This document shows, piece by piece, positions 1 to 9,229 of a DNA stretch of 64,000 nucleotides. The notes beneath the pieces are model-generated. The model ran no database searches. It was not told where the DNA came from and saw only the letters and a list, made by a program, of their open reading frames with translations. Numbering within the stretch: position 1 is the first letter of the stretch; each line of letters begins with the position of its first letter. Where the stretch lies: the NCBI GenBank assembly GCA_963784445.1, contig CAWARO010000006.1, positions 696,265 through 760,264 on the forward strand, in the 5' to 3' direction. The DNA is from an uncultured Acidimicrobiia bacterium. GTDB taxonomy: Bacteria > Acidobacteriota > Vicinamibacteria > Vicinamibacterales > UBA2999. Both the position numbers and the translations under genes were made by a program.

Positions 1-1
1 G

Positions 2-289
2 ATCCAGCCGGTCGAGCCGATCCATCCCGCCGTGAGGCTCCTGGATCACCGCTACGCCAAGACGTTCACGCTGACGAGCATCCCGAACGCGATCGCGGAC
101 GCCGCCGGCTGCGCCGCTCGCGCGAGTGGGACCAGGGTCGTTGGCGACCCGGCGCTGCAGTACGGCCGCACGTTCGGATTGAATCTTCGTTTTCGAACGC
201 AGAGTGGCGAAACGCCAGTGCTGCGCACGCTTTGGTCAAATGAAGCGGGCCGCTGGCGGATCGTGAGTTACGACGTCGAGTCGCCCTGA
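2..289 (+). CDS. 3' end of a hypothetical protein (5' partial; the frame is open from the window edge)
   Basis: The frame of ORF 32..289 has no stop back to nt 2. No family recognised. Confidence 0.35.
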   Translation: MQPVEPIHPAVRLLDHRYAKTFTLTSIPNAIADAAGCAARASGTRVVGDPALQYGRTFGLNLRFRTQSGETPVLRTLWSNEAGRWRIVSYDVESP

Positions 290-333
290 CGCCGGGGGGT
301 ATCCGGTCTAGGTTCACACATGAAACAGCCTGA

Positions 334-1068
334 TTGGTTGGTCGCTCGTCGCCGTGCATACGCTTTGCGTCGGCCGCGCCGGCCGCGGCCCAAACAACCC
401 AGTCGGACGACTGGAAGATCTCGATTTATCCCGTGTTCGCGTGGATACCGATCGACATCGACATCGACGTCAACGTGCCGCCGGTCAGCGGCGGCGGCGG
501 ATCCGGGCCGGAGTTTGGCGGCAAGATTGTCGACGGACGGCTTGATGGCGCGTTCTTCGGCGGCCTGTCCGCCGCCAAGGGCAACTGGCGAATCGACGCC
601 GACGGCCTGTGGGCGGGCGTGGGCGGCGATCGTCTCGAACGGCCGATCCTGCGAGTCGACGTGGACGCGATCTACATCCATGGCTCGCTCGGCCGCAAGA
701 TCTATTCGGATCTGTATGCCACCGTCGGCGTGCGTCGCATGGCGTTGAAATACGACATCGAGCTGGACGGACGCCAGTTTGATCGGAAGCCGGGCCTGTG
801 GGATCCGCTGGTCGGCATCGGCTGGCACCATGAACGCAGCGAGAGCCTGGACCTGCACTTCACGTTTGAAGGCGGCGGCTTCGGCGTCGGCTCGGACGTC
901 GACATCAGCACCGCGGTGCGTCTCGACTGGAAGCCGACGACGCACTTCGGCATCGCGGCCGGTTACAGCCTGCTCTACTTCAAGCTCAGTCACACGGTGG
1001 GCGATCGCACCTTCACCGCCAAGCAGACGCTGCATGGGCCCGTCGTGGGCATCGGGCTCTACTTCTGA
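334..1068 (+). CDS. Outer-membrane beta-barrel protein (hypothetical)
   Basis: 244 aa with alternating hydrophobic beta-strand pattern, Gly/Asp-rich turns and the C-terminal motif GIGLYF ending in Phe. The N-terminus is unclear: an ATG at 320 and a hydrophobic signal-like stretch lie in the other two frames, so N-terminal frameshifts are possible. Confidence 0.6.
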   Translation: MVGRSSPCIRFASAAPAAAQTTQSDDWKISIYPVFAWIPIDIDIDVNVPPVSGGGGSGPEFGGKIVDGRLDGAFFGGLSAAKGNWRIDADGLWAGVGGDRLERPILRVDVDAIYIHGSLGRKIYSDLYATVGVRRMALKYDIELDGRQFDRKPGLWDPLVGIGWHHERSESLDLHFTFEGGGFGVGSDVDISTAVRLDWKPTTHFGIAAGYSLLYFKLSHTVGDRTFTAKQTLHGPVVGIGLYF

Positions 1069-1073
1069 CGCCG

Positions 1074-1956
1074 TTGCTGATCCCTCGCGTGCGCGCCATC
1101 GTCTTTCTCGCGCTGCTCCTGTGGGCGGCGCCGTCCGGTGCCGCGGAGTTGCCGGTGCTGTTCGTCCACGGGTTCTGCTCATCGGCGGACACGTGGAATG
1201 AGACGCTCCCGCAACTCTCGGTTCGCCGGTACGGCGACGATGTGCCGCGGGTCTTCGAAAGCTCGATCGGCAAGGCGGCCGTGCGGACGTCGATCTCACA
1301 AGATGCGAAGACTTTCCGCATTGATTTCTCCGATCTCGCCAACGGGTTCGACCTGCTGGCGGTTGCCAACGTGCCCACGGTTCGCAAAGGCCGGCGAGCT
1401 GAAGGTCGTGATCGATGCGATCAAACGCTTTACCGGCGCGCCGGGCGTGATCGTGGTGGCGCACAGCCTCGGCGGGCTCGCAACGCGCGCCTACATCCAG
1501 GGCATCGGACTGAATCGCGACGGCGCGACCATCACATACGGAAATGATGTGGCGGCGTTAGTCATGATCTCGACGCCCAACCAGGGCAGCGTCCTCGCGA
1601 ACCTATCGGGCAAGCCGGAGGCCCAGGAATGCGTGATCGCCGACACGGCAAACCTGCGGGACCTCCAGCCCACCTCACAGCTGGTGACCGCCCTGAATGG
1701 CCAGCCCTGGCCGGCCGCTACCGCGGTGCACTCAATCGTCTCTAACAACAGCGGCCGCAACAGCGATGATGTGGTCACCACAACCAGCCAGGACTTGATG
1801 GCGATTGCGCGATACGCGACGGTGCCAGAAGCGAAGCGGTGGCTGCAGACCTTTGATCGCGACGGCATCCTGCATCTGCGCGTGCACAACGAAGCGACGA
1901 CCGTCGCGCTCTTTACGGGCATCATCACCGACATCGACAACGGCGTGGTGCGCTAG
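1074..1956 (+). pseudogene. Secreted alpha/beta-hydrolase (lipase/esterase-like), interrupted by a +1 frameshift near 1340-1395
   Basis: ORF 1074..1547 supplies the signal peptide and LPVLFVHGF. ORF 1138..1956 supplies ELKVVIDAIKRFTGAPGVIVVAHSLGG (GxSxG nucleophile elbow). Together the two frames make one colinear protein. Confidence 0.65.
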
Positions 1957-3169
1957 CGACGAGCGACGCGCGAGTTTCGAGCGTTTTCACCAACCGAAAA
2001 CCAAGATGACTTGTGCCGGTGCTGATCTCTCCCTTGCCGCGCGTGCCGACGATGTAGCGGGAGCAGTACTGATCCGTGCAGAGGAACGAGCCGCCGCGAT
2101 GCGTGCGTTTCTTCGCCGTCGGTTCATCGGGATCAAACGATTCGGCCGGGCCCTGAGGATTGCGCGCCACGCCGCCCATCGCCGCAAGCTGTGCGTAGTA
2201 GTCCGGGCGATACCAGTCGCTGGTCCATTGCCACACATTGCCCGCCATGTCGTAGAGGCCGTACCCGTTCGGCGGATATTGCGCGACCGGCGAGATGCCG
2301 GCATGACCGTCCTCTGCCTTCTCGCTGCTTTTCACCGGGAAGTGTCCCTGGTAGGTGTTGGCCATCCATTTGCCGCCGGGCTGAAACTGTGAGCCCCAGA
2401 CAAACGGTTCACCACTCAGGCCGCCGCGCGCGGCAAACTCCCACTCCGCTTCGGTCGGCAAACGCTTGCCCGCCCAGTTGGCATACGCAAGGGCGTCCTC
2501 ATAGGCCACGTGCACGACCGGATAATTTCCCTTGCCCTTGATGTCGCTCTCCGCGCCCAGCGGGTGTCGCCAATTCGTGCCCTTCCCGTAAGCCCACCAC
2601 TGCAGGTGATCGTTGAGAGGGACTGGGCGATCGGTCGGCGCAAACACCACCGAGCCGGCCACCAACGCCTCGGGCGGAGCGCCTGGGAAATCCTCAGCGC
2701 GCGGCTTGCGTTCGGCCACCGTGACGTAACCGGTCGCTCTCACGAACGCCGCAAAGTCGTCGTTGGTGACGTCGGTGGCATCCATCCAGAAGCCATCGAC
2801 GTAGACGCGGTGAATCGGGCGGGAGTCCCGGGTGGCCTGCATGCCGACTTCGCCCATGCCGGGCGAATCCTGCGCGCCCATCGAGAACTCGCCGCCGGGG
2901 ATCCAGACCATGCCCTTTGGCGCGCTGTCCGGCGCTGCCGCCAGGTTCGGTATGGTGGCCTCGAATCGAGATTCGGCCGCGGGAACCGGTGCGGACACTT
3001 CGGGGGAAACGGCAGCGGCCGCGGAGACTGGGTTCGACGCCGGGCGGAAGTACGCTGCCCACACAGCGATTCCTGCCAACAAAACAACTATCGACAGAAC
3101 AGGCATCGACAGCGAAGGCACCGACAGCACAGTGCGTTGCGGCCGCCGCGAATGATTGGGCTTTTTCAT
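1925..3169 (-). CDS. Formylglycine-generating enzyme (SUMF1/FGE) family protein with an N-terminal membrane anchor
   Basis: Motifs MVWIPGGEFSMG, RVYVDGFWMD, LPTEAEWEFAARGG, YDMAGNVWQWTSDWY and RGGSFLC are typical of the FGE-sulfatase domain. Confidence 0.85.
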   Translation of the reverse strand: MKKPNHSRRPQRTVLSVPSLSMPVLSIVVLLAGIAVWAAYFRPASNPVSAAAAVSPEVSAPVPAAESRFEATIPNLAAAPDSAPKGMVWIPGGEFSMGAQDSPGMGEVGMQATRDSRPIHRVYVDGFWMDATDVTNDDFAAFVRATGYVTVAERKPRAEDFPGAPPEALVAGSVVFAPTDRPVPLNDHLQWWAYGKGTNWRHPLGAESDIKGKGNYPVVHVAYEDALAYANWAGKRLPTEAEWEFAARGGLSGEPFVWGSQFQPGGKWMANTYQGHFPVKSSEKAEDGHAGISPVAQYPPNGYGLYDMAGNVWQWTSDWYRPDYYAQLAAMGGVARNPQGPAESFDPDEPTAKKRTHRGGSFLCTDQYCSRYIVGTRGKGEISTGTSHLGFRLVKTLETRASLVASAPRRCRCR

Positions 3170-3193
3170 TTGCGTCGTATTGGACCTGAAGTC

Positions 3194-3208
3194 GCAAGGG
3201 GCATGCCC
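3194..3208 (-). promoter_or_regulatory. Candidate -24/-12 (sigma-54-type) promoter upstream of the FGE gene
   Basis: The minus strand reads GGGCAT-gcccc-TTGCG with exact GG-N10-GC spacing. The GC element lies 25 nt from the ATG at 3169. Confidence 0.35.
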
Positions 3209-3413
3209 GGTGTCGCAGGCGCCGATACCGGCAGTTTAGGCGATTTCTGGCGTGTTTTGCGCGGGGCGAAGACCGGACGCCCACAGACACTGAACGGCGG
3301 CTGTGACTGCTCACCGAATACGGTGGCGTCACGTCCGCTCGAACGGGTCAATGACCGTCCAGTCGTTCGTCGTGTCTACCGATAGCGACAGACGTTTCAG
3401 CGCGATCGAATCG

Positions 3414-4187
3414 TCAGTAACGCGCCTTCACGAAGCGGCGGCGCGCAATCGCCTGGTCATCGTCGTATGCGCCCTTGGTCGACCGGCCGGGAAGCTTCAC
3501 TTTTTCGTTCGGCAGTTTCTTGTACGGGATCACTGAGAGGAGGTGGGCGATGGTGTTGAGCCGCGCGGCCCGTTTGTCGTCCGACCGCACGATGTGCCAC
3601 GGGGCGATGCGGGTGTCGGTCTTCTTCAGCATCAGGTCGCGCGCGCGTGAGTACCTGTACCAACGTTTGCGGGACGGCAGATCCATCGGGCTCAGCTTCC
3701 ATTGCCGCAGCGGATCGTTGATGCGGGCTTCAAACCGGCGCTTCTGTTCGTCGTTACCCACTTCCATCCAGACCTTGATGATGGTGGTTCCTCCTTCAAT
3801 GAGAAACTTCTCGAACAGGGGGCACAGGTCCAGAAATCGCTGTCGCTGCTCCTCCGTGCAAAACCCCATCACGTACTCGACGCCGGCGCGGTTGTACCAG
3901 CTGCGATCGAAAATGACGACCTCGCCCTTCGCCGGAAAATGCTGCATGTAGCGCTGTAAGTACACCTGCGACTTCTCGCGGTCGGAAGGAGCGGGCAAGG
4001 CCGCGATTCTGAACACCCGTGGGCTCAGACGTTCGGTGATGGCGCGAATCGTGCCGCCCTTGCCGGCGCCATCACGTCCCTCGAAGATGATGATCACTCG
4101 CAGGCCCTTCTCCTTGACCCACCTCTGGAGGTGAGCCAGGCGCACCTGCAGTTTATTGAGCTCCTTTTCGTACTTTGCGCGTTTCAT
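3414..4187 (-). CDS. ppk2: Polyphosphate kinase 2 (PPK2)
   Basis: Motifs VIIIFEGRDGAGKGG (Walker A), FDRSWYNRAGVE and the lid region. I chose the ATG at 4187 because it forms an ATGA overlap with the stop of the upstream SulP gene. Confidence 0.85.
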   Translation of the reverse strand: MKRAKYEKELNKLQVRLAHLQRWVKEKGLRVIIIFEGRDGAGKGGTIRAITERLSPRVFRIAALPAPSDREKSQVYLQRYMQHFPAKGEVVIFDRSWYNRAGVEYVMGFCTEEQRQRFLDLCPLFEKFLIEGGTTIIKVWMEVGNDEQKRRFEARINDPLRQWKLSPMDLPSRKRWYRYSRARDLMLKKTDTRIAPWHIVRSDDKRAARLNTIAHLLSVIPYKKLPNEKVKLPGRSTKGAYDDDQAIARRRFVKARY

Positions 4188-5893
4188 CTGTCGCCAGATC
4201 TTTCCGGTGGTTGTCCCACCATTGACGTGTTCTGCTGCCACTTCGCGATGATGCCGTCGACGGTCTGGCCGGTCTCGAGCGTTCCGTATTCCCGCTCGAA
4301 GCCAATTCGTCGCAGCGCGTCACGCACCTCGCCATGCGCGTCGGCAAGCCGGAACTCGAGGCCGCGCGCCCGAAATGTCTTGTGCAGGTCGGCCAGGAGC
4401 TCGGCGCCTGCCAGGTCGATTCTCGGCACCGCGCCGAGAAAAAAGACGATCAACTTCACAGGATCCTGGCGCGCACTCAACAGCTCGAGCAGGCGCTCGC
4501 GGACGAACTCCGCATTGAAGTAAAGGAGCGCTGATTCACAACGGACCACCAGCACACCCGGAACGGATTCGTTTTCCGGGTGCCGGACGCGATCGGCGAA
4601 ATACGTGGTGCCTGGAACCCGGGCCAGCTCGGTGACGCGCGGCCGCGCCGCCTGGCGCAGCAGCAGCACAATCGAGATCGCGGCGCCCAGCAACACGCCA
4701 TTGACGGGACCCGAACCCAGCACGCCGATCAAGGCCGCGATCGCAACCAGGAACTCCGCTCGGCTGAATCGCCAGATGTGCTGGAGGGCGTGAATGTCAA
4801 CGAGGCCCATCACCGCCGCGAGCACGATGGCCGCCAGCACCGGCTGCGGCAGGTTCCGCAACAATCCCGATGCAAAGAGCACGACGATCACAGTGAAGAC
4901 GGCGGCCACGAGGCCCGACACCGGTGTCCGGGCCCCGGCACTCTCGTTGACGAGCGATTGCGACATGCCGCCGCTCACCGGGAAGCCGCGGCCGAGTCCC
5001 GCGGCGAGATTCCCGGCGCCAATCGCCAGCAGCTCCTGATTCGCGTCGAACCGATTGCCGTGCTTCTGGCCGAACATGCGGCCGATGGCGGACGTCTCAA
5101 CGGCGGCGAGGACGAAACCGGCCAGCGCGATCGGCAGCAGCTCGTTCAGATCGCGACGGCTCACGGCCGGCAAACCGAGAGCGGGCAGGCCCTGCGGCAC
5201 TTCTCCCAGCAACGCCACGCCCCGCGCATCGAGGTCCATGAGTCGAGCCGCCAGCATGCCGGCCACGACCACGAGAAACGCCACCGGGCGGTTCTTGAGC
5301 CAAAGCTTGCCCGCGATAAGCATCGTCAGTGCGCTGACGCCGACAAGCAGAGATACTCCGTTCGTGTCGCCCAGATGAGCAACGAAGTAGGCCGAGCGCT
5401 CCCAGAAATCGCCGTGCGTGCCCTTGAACCCGAACAGTTTTGGCAGTTGCGTGCTCGCCAGATACAGGGCCAGACCGCCTTTGAACCCAACCAGCACCGT
5501 CTCCGAGAAGAAGCCGATGGCATTGCCGGCACGGGCCAGCCACGCCGCCAACGCAATCGTAGCGATCATCAAGGTCACGCATGCCGCGAGGGCCGCATGG
5601 CGTGCCGGATCACCAGCGCTGAGATCGCCAACCGACGCGCCGATCAGCAGCGACAGTGCGGAGGTGACCGTAATGACCGTCTGCTTCGAGCTGCAGAAGA
5701 TCCAGAACACCAGCCCCGAAAAGAGGCAGGCGTACAGCCCCGCTTCAGGCGCGAGTCCCGCCAGCGAGGCGTCGCCGATGCCGGCGGGCAGCAGATACGC
5801 AGCCAGCGTCAGTCCCGCCACGAGATCCGGCCGCAGCCACTCGGCTCGATAGTCGCGCACCCACCGCAGCGCCGGGAGTCTCTCCTGGCCCAT
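4184..5893 (-). CDS. SulP-family anion permease with a C-terminal STAS domain
   Basis: N-terminal WLRPDLVAGLTLAAYLLPAGIGDASLAGL, multiple transmembrane segments, and a STAS-like C-terminus (VLVVRCESALLYFNAEFV...). Confidence 0.85.
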   Translation of the reverse strand: MGQERLPALRWVRDYRAEWLRPDLVAGLTLAAYLLPAGIGDASLAGLAPEAGLYACLFSGLVFWIFCSSKQTVITVTSALSLLIGASVGDLSAGDPARHAALAACVTLMIATIALAAWLARAGNAIGFFSETVLVGFKGGLALYLASTQLPKLFGFKGTHGDFWERSAYFVAHLGDTNGVSLLVGVSALTMLIAGKLWLKNRPVAFLVVVAGMLAARLMDLDARGVALLGEVPQGLPALGLPAVSRRDLNELLPIALAGFVLAAVETSAIGRMFGQKHGNRFDANQELLAIGAGNLAAGLGRGFPVSGGMSQSLVNESAGARTPVSGLVAAVFTVIVVLFASGLLRNLPQPVLAAIVLAAVMGLVDIHALQHIWRFSRAEFLVAIAALIGVLGSGPVNGVLLGAAISIVLLLRQAARPRVTELARVPGTTYFADRVRHPENESVPGVLVVRCESALLYFNAEFVRERLLELLSARQDPVKLIVFFLGAVPRIDLAGAELLADLHKTFRARGLEFRLADAHGEVRDALRRIGFEREYGTLETGQTVDGIIAKWQQNTSMVGQPPERSGDR

Positions 5894-5897
5894 TGGT

Positions 5898-6560
5898 TCA
5901 AAACGTCACAGTGACGGTAAGGATGAACGTGGGCTTCTCGTCGTCCGGGTTCAAGAAATATCCGGCGAGCCCTAGTTTCTTAAACGAGACGCCTGCGAGC
6001 AGGCCGCGTTGGATATCGCGATCGGTTTGGTAGGCCCGCGTCCGCTCCGTCACCAGGCCGAACCGAAACCACTCAACGGGCGCCAGCGTCAGCTCCGACC
6101 AGTTGTAGAAGAAATTGTCCGAGGAATCGCCGGCGTCGAACACATACTCGCCTTCGCTGTAGAACTCGAGCTTCCACCAGCCTAGTGAGCCTTTGTAGCC
6201 CGGCGCGATGCCGTCGGTGGCACCAAACACGGCGCCGAGCATCGGCGTCAGTTCCCACTCCACCGTTTCACCGCCGCTGAAGTTGTAGCCGACCCACGCC
6301 GAGCCCGTGTCGAGCGCCTCGTAGTTGTAGCGGGCTTCAAGGTGCAGCCAGTCGCGGTCTGCCGTGAACGCGGGCTGCGCGTAGTTGCCGGCATCGGGGA
6401 CGAAGTAGGTGGCGGCAGCGACGGAGAACTCCCACGCCTTTGGGTCGGCTTCCGGCGGCGTTTGCGTGGCCGCGGGAATCGGCACATTGGTCGTGGCCTG
6501 GGCGAAGACGGCGACGTCCATGAGTGCGATCGCTATGAGGAGGCAGGTCAGTGATCGCAC
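5898..6560 (-). CDS. Small outer-membrane beta-barrel protein (hypothetical)
   Basis: GTG start at 6560 gives a signal peptide (VRSLTCLLIAIALMDVAVFAQA). Aromatic-rich beta strands; the C-terminus TVTVTF ends in Phe. The longer ORF up to 7064 overlaps the VIT gene and was rejected. Confidence 0.55.
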   Translation of the reverse strand: MRSLTCLLIAIALMDVAVFAQATTNVPIPAATQTPPEADPKAWEFSVAAATYFVPDAGNYAQPAFTADRDWLHLEARYNYEALDTGSAWVGYNFSGGETVEWELTPMLGAVFGATDGIAPGYKGSLGWWKLEFYSEGEYVFDAGDSSDNFFYNWSELTLAPVEWFRFGLVTERTRAYQTDRDIQRGLLAGVSFKKLGLAGYFLNPDDEKPTFILTVTVTF

Positions 6561-6565
6561 CGTGT

Positions 6566-7216
6566 TTATCCCCCCAGTGCCATCGTCATGCCGACGAGCA
6601 TGGACCCGAGCACCACCATCGCGATGCCAACCAGCCACGGGTGGCGACCGGTCATGCGTCCGAAGACATGGCCTAACACGAACAACATCACGATGGCGAT
6701 GGCATTGGAGGTCCGCAGGGCCGGGCCGGCGTCCGACATGAAGATGAATGGCAACGCCACCGGAAACGTGGAGAGGAACACGAGAACGAACACGCCGAGC
6801 GAACCCAGCCAGTCGTCCTTGCTCAAGCGAGCGCGTGTCGGCGGCGCGGGTAGTTGAATCAGCCGCTTGCGGATCATTTCCAGTTCCGCCGGCTGGAGGA
6901 TCGACGCCACCAGCGGCGGCAACGCGTCCGCAATGCGATCCTGAGCCTCCTGCGGATCGGCGGCCTTGCGCACGGCGTGGAGCGTGATGAGGCCCCGGCC
7001 CTTTTCGGCGAGGACGCCCATCAGGTACAACATCCCATCGATGATGCCCCAGGCGACATTGCACCCGAGCGCGCCGATCAGCATCTCGCGAACATCCTCG
7101 CGGCCGGCCTCGGCCACGCTGAGGGAACCGGTGAACGTGAGGACCATGATCAACCCGAAGAGGACTTCGGAGACACGATCGATCGGGTCGAGGACTCGAG
7201 TGGATGTCATGGTCAC
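6566..7216 (-). CDS. VIT1/CCC1-family (vacuolar iron transporter-like) membrane protein
   Basis: 216 aa, with an N-terminal helix pair, a cytoplasmic helical insert and C-terminal transmembrane helices ending GMTMALGG. The family call is from overall pattern only. Confidence 0.55.
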   Translation of the reverse strand: MTMTSTRVLDPIDRVSEVLFGLIMVLTFTGSLSVAEAGREDVREMLIGALGCNVAWGIIDGMLYLMGVLAEKGRGLITLHAVRKAADPQEAQDRIADALPPLVASILQPAELEMIRKRLIQLPAPPTRARLSKDDWLGSLGVFVLVFLSTFPVALPFIFMSDAGPALRTSNAIAIVMLFVLGHVFGRMTGRHPWLVGIAMVVLGSMLVGMTMALGG

Positions 7217-8310
7217 ACGACTCGCGGTGGCAACATGTAAAGCGTCATGGCGAAGATCGTGTAGACCACCAGCAAGAGCACACCCACGAACCAGGCCGAG
7301 CGCCCGCTGTTGGTCACGAGCGAGGCGCTCATCGCGGCGATGAACATCATCACCACGGCACCGGGCCAGAACTGCAGGTTCATCGGCGTCGGGGCGATCA
7401 CATAACTCAAGAGCACGAGCACCGGCGCGACGAACAGCGCAATCTGCGACGCGCTGCCGAGCGCGATGCCGACGCTCATGTCCAGCCGGTTCTTGCGTGC
7501 CGCCGCGAACGCCGAGGCCATTTCCGCGGCCGCGCCAACGATTGCCACGACGATGAAACCAACGAACGCCGGGCTCATCCCCAGCGTCTCCGCCGCTATC
7601 TGCACTGACTCGACAAAAATGTGGCTGACCATGGCCACCAGCACCGTCACGCCCGCCAGCGTCGCCAGGGCGAGGCCCATCGGGAACATCGACTCGCCGC
7701 CGGCTTCCCCGTGTCCCGCGCTGGCGAACAATTCCTTGTGCGTCTTCAGGGAGAACAACATGCTCAACGCGTACACGACGATGAGCAGGACCGACAGGCC
7801 CACGCTCAACTTCTGGGTGAACTCGGCCCCCGCGACCGAGTCCGCTTGAGACAACGCCGACGGAATCAACAGGCCGACCGTGGCCAGGAACAGCAGGCCC
7901 GCCTGCATGCGGGCGCTGATGCGGTTGAATTCCTGCTCGTGATACTTGAGACCGCCCAGCAACAGCGAGACGCCGAGCATGAACAACGTGTTGGTGACGA
8001 TCGCGCCGGCAACCGACGCCTTCACGAGCACAAATTGCCCGGCCCGCAATGCCGTGACCGCAATCACCAGTTCCGTCAGGTTGCCGAGCGTGGCGTTGAG
8101 CAGGCCGCCAACCGCATCACCAGTCTTGGCCGCCACAGATTCCGTGGCGTGACTGAGCAAGGCCGCTAACGGCACGATCGCCAGGACCGATAGTGCGAAG
8201 AGCAGCGTGTGCGCATCGTGCGCAACTTGCGCGGCGATGAGCACCACGGGCACGAACACCAACAGCCAGAGCAGCTTGTTGTGCTGAATTTCCCTGAATA
8301 ACGGTTTCAT
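7213..8310 (-). CDS. Ca2+/H+ antiporter (CaCA/CAX, ChaA-like)
   Basis: Alpha-repeat motifs GNLTELVIAVTALRAG and GAAAEMASAFAAA, about 11 transmembrane segments. I took the ATG at 8310 (MKPLFREIQ). The stop overlaps the VIT start by 4 nt. Confidence 0.8.
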   Translation of the reverse strand: MKPLFREIQHNKLLWLLVFVPVVLIAAQVAHDAHTLLFALSVLAIVPLAALLSHATESVAAKTGDAVGGLLNATLGNLTELVIAVTALRAGQFVLVKASVAGAIVTNTLFMLGVSLLLGGLKYHEQEFNRISARMQAGLLFLATVGLLIPSALSQADSVAGAEFTQKLSVGLSVLLIVVYALSMLFSLKTHKELFASAGHGEAGGESMFPMGLALATLAGVTVLVAMVSHIFVESVQIAAETLGMSPAFVGFIVVAIVGAAAEMASAFAAARKNRLDMSVGIALGSASQIALFVAPVLVLLSYVIAPTPMNLQFWPGAVVMMFIAAMSASLVTNSGRSAWFVGVLLLVVYTIFAMTLYMLPPRVV

Positions 8311-8327
8311 GGCTCCGCAGGCATCCA

Positions 8328-8342
8328 GCAAGAGGACTGCCA
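8328..8342 (-). promoter_or_regulatory. Candidate sigma-54 promoter for the CAX-VIT-OMP-SulP-PPK2 operon
   Basis: The minus strand reads TGGCAG-tcctc-TTGCT with exact spacing. The GC element lies 18 nt from the ATG at 8310, which implies a very short leader. Confidence 0.45.
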
Positions 8343-8506
8343 CCGATGCGAGACGAATCTCGCGTCCAATACTGAAGAGATTGACACTCACCTGGTCGGC
8401 CTGACTGCCCCTTGTCAGGGGGATCACAGCCTGCCGTCACGGATGCGACGAGCGCTCCCGTACACAATTGCGAGCACCGATTTCCGACCATCGATGTCGT
8501 TGAACA

Positions 8507-8522
8507 CGGCGCTGAATTTGCA
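8507..8522 (+). promoter_or_regulatory. Candidate sigma-54 promoter for the TRIC channel gene
   Basis: CGGCGC-tgaat-TTGCA, with the GC element 25 nt upstream of the ATG at 8546. It lies back-to-back with the 8342 motif. Confidence 0.4.
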
Positions 8523-8545
8523 GCCCGATCAGGTTCTGAGCGACC

Positions 8546-9216
8546 ATGACTGACGCCGTCTTTCAAGTTCCGCCGGCCTTCGATTACCTGGCGACCTTGA
8601 CTTGGGCGTCGAGCGGGGCCTTGGTCGGCATCCGCAAACATTTCGACGTCGTCGGTGTCTTTGTGATCGCGCTGGTCTCCTCAGTGGGGTCCGGCCTGGT
8701 GCGTGACGCCTTATTTCTGCAACGCACGCCCGTCCTCCTGACCGATCCCGTCTACTTGCCGCTCATCGCCGGGACCGTGATCCTCTTCGGTCTGTTCTCG
8801 GGGCCGCTCACGCGCGTGGCCACGGCCGACACGGTGCAAAAGATGATCGATATCATTGACGGCGTCGGGATCCCCATCTTCGCGGTGATCGGGATGCAGC
8901 TCGCCGAAGAGCGCGGCATTCCGGTGACCGGCATCATCTTCATCGGCGTCGTCAACGGCACCGCCGGCGGCTTGCTGCGTGACGTGCTGGTCCGCGACGT
9001 GCCGGCCATCCTGCGGCCGGGTCAGTTCGTGTCACTGTTGCTGCTGTGGCGTGTGTGTCGTTCGTGGCACTGAAGCAGTATGCGGATGTCACCGTCTCGC
9101 AAGCAGCGTGGGCGGCAATCAGCACCTTCTTTGTCCTCCGCGTGCTGACGATCCGCTTCAATTGGACGACCCGCTCGGTGCTGCCGGAATCGCTCGGCGG
9201 CGACCCCGGCGCGTAG
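8546..9216 (+). pseudogene. TRIC/UPF0126 (YadS/YicG-like) cation channel, frameshifted near 9025-9035
   Basis: Two UPF0126 repeats (SGALVGIRKHFDVVGVFVIALVSSVGSGLVRD and IFAVIGMQLAEE...GTAGGLLRD). The last helix (VAAVACVSFVALKQY...RVLTIRFNW) continues in another frame to the TAG at 9214-9216. Confidence 0.7.
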
Positions 9217-9229
9217 CACTCGATTGCGT

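Noticed and set aside
1-6. The window starts with GATCC, which could be a Sau3AI/BamHI cloning junction of a BAC or fosmid insert.
   Set aside because: A single 5-mer at an arbitrary window edge is not evidence, and the other end of the window shows no matching site.
268-1464. Long antisense ORFs in the track, for example 268..1464-, 4580..5914+, 9446..10987+, 11071..12738+, 13712..15775+, 25469..26671+, 48382..49758+, 50066..51403+ and 58552..59340-.
   Set aside because: Their translations are Arg/Ala/Gly/Pro-rich low-complexity sequence, and they lie opposite genes with clear family signatures. These are typical shadow ORFs of GC-rich DNA.
5898-7064. The 388-aa ORF as the full OM barrel gene.
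   Set aside because: Its N-terminal 168 residues are low-complexity sequence and overlap the VIT-family gene in another frame. A GTG at 6560 gives a proper signal peptide.
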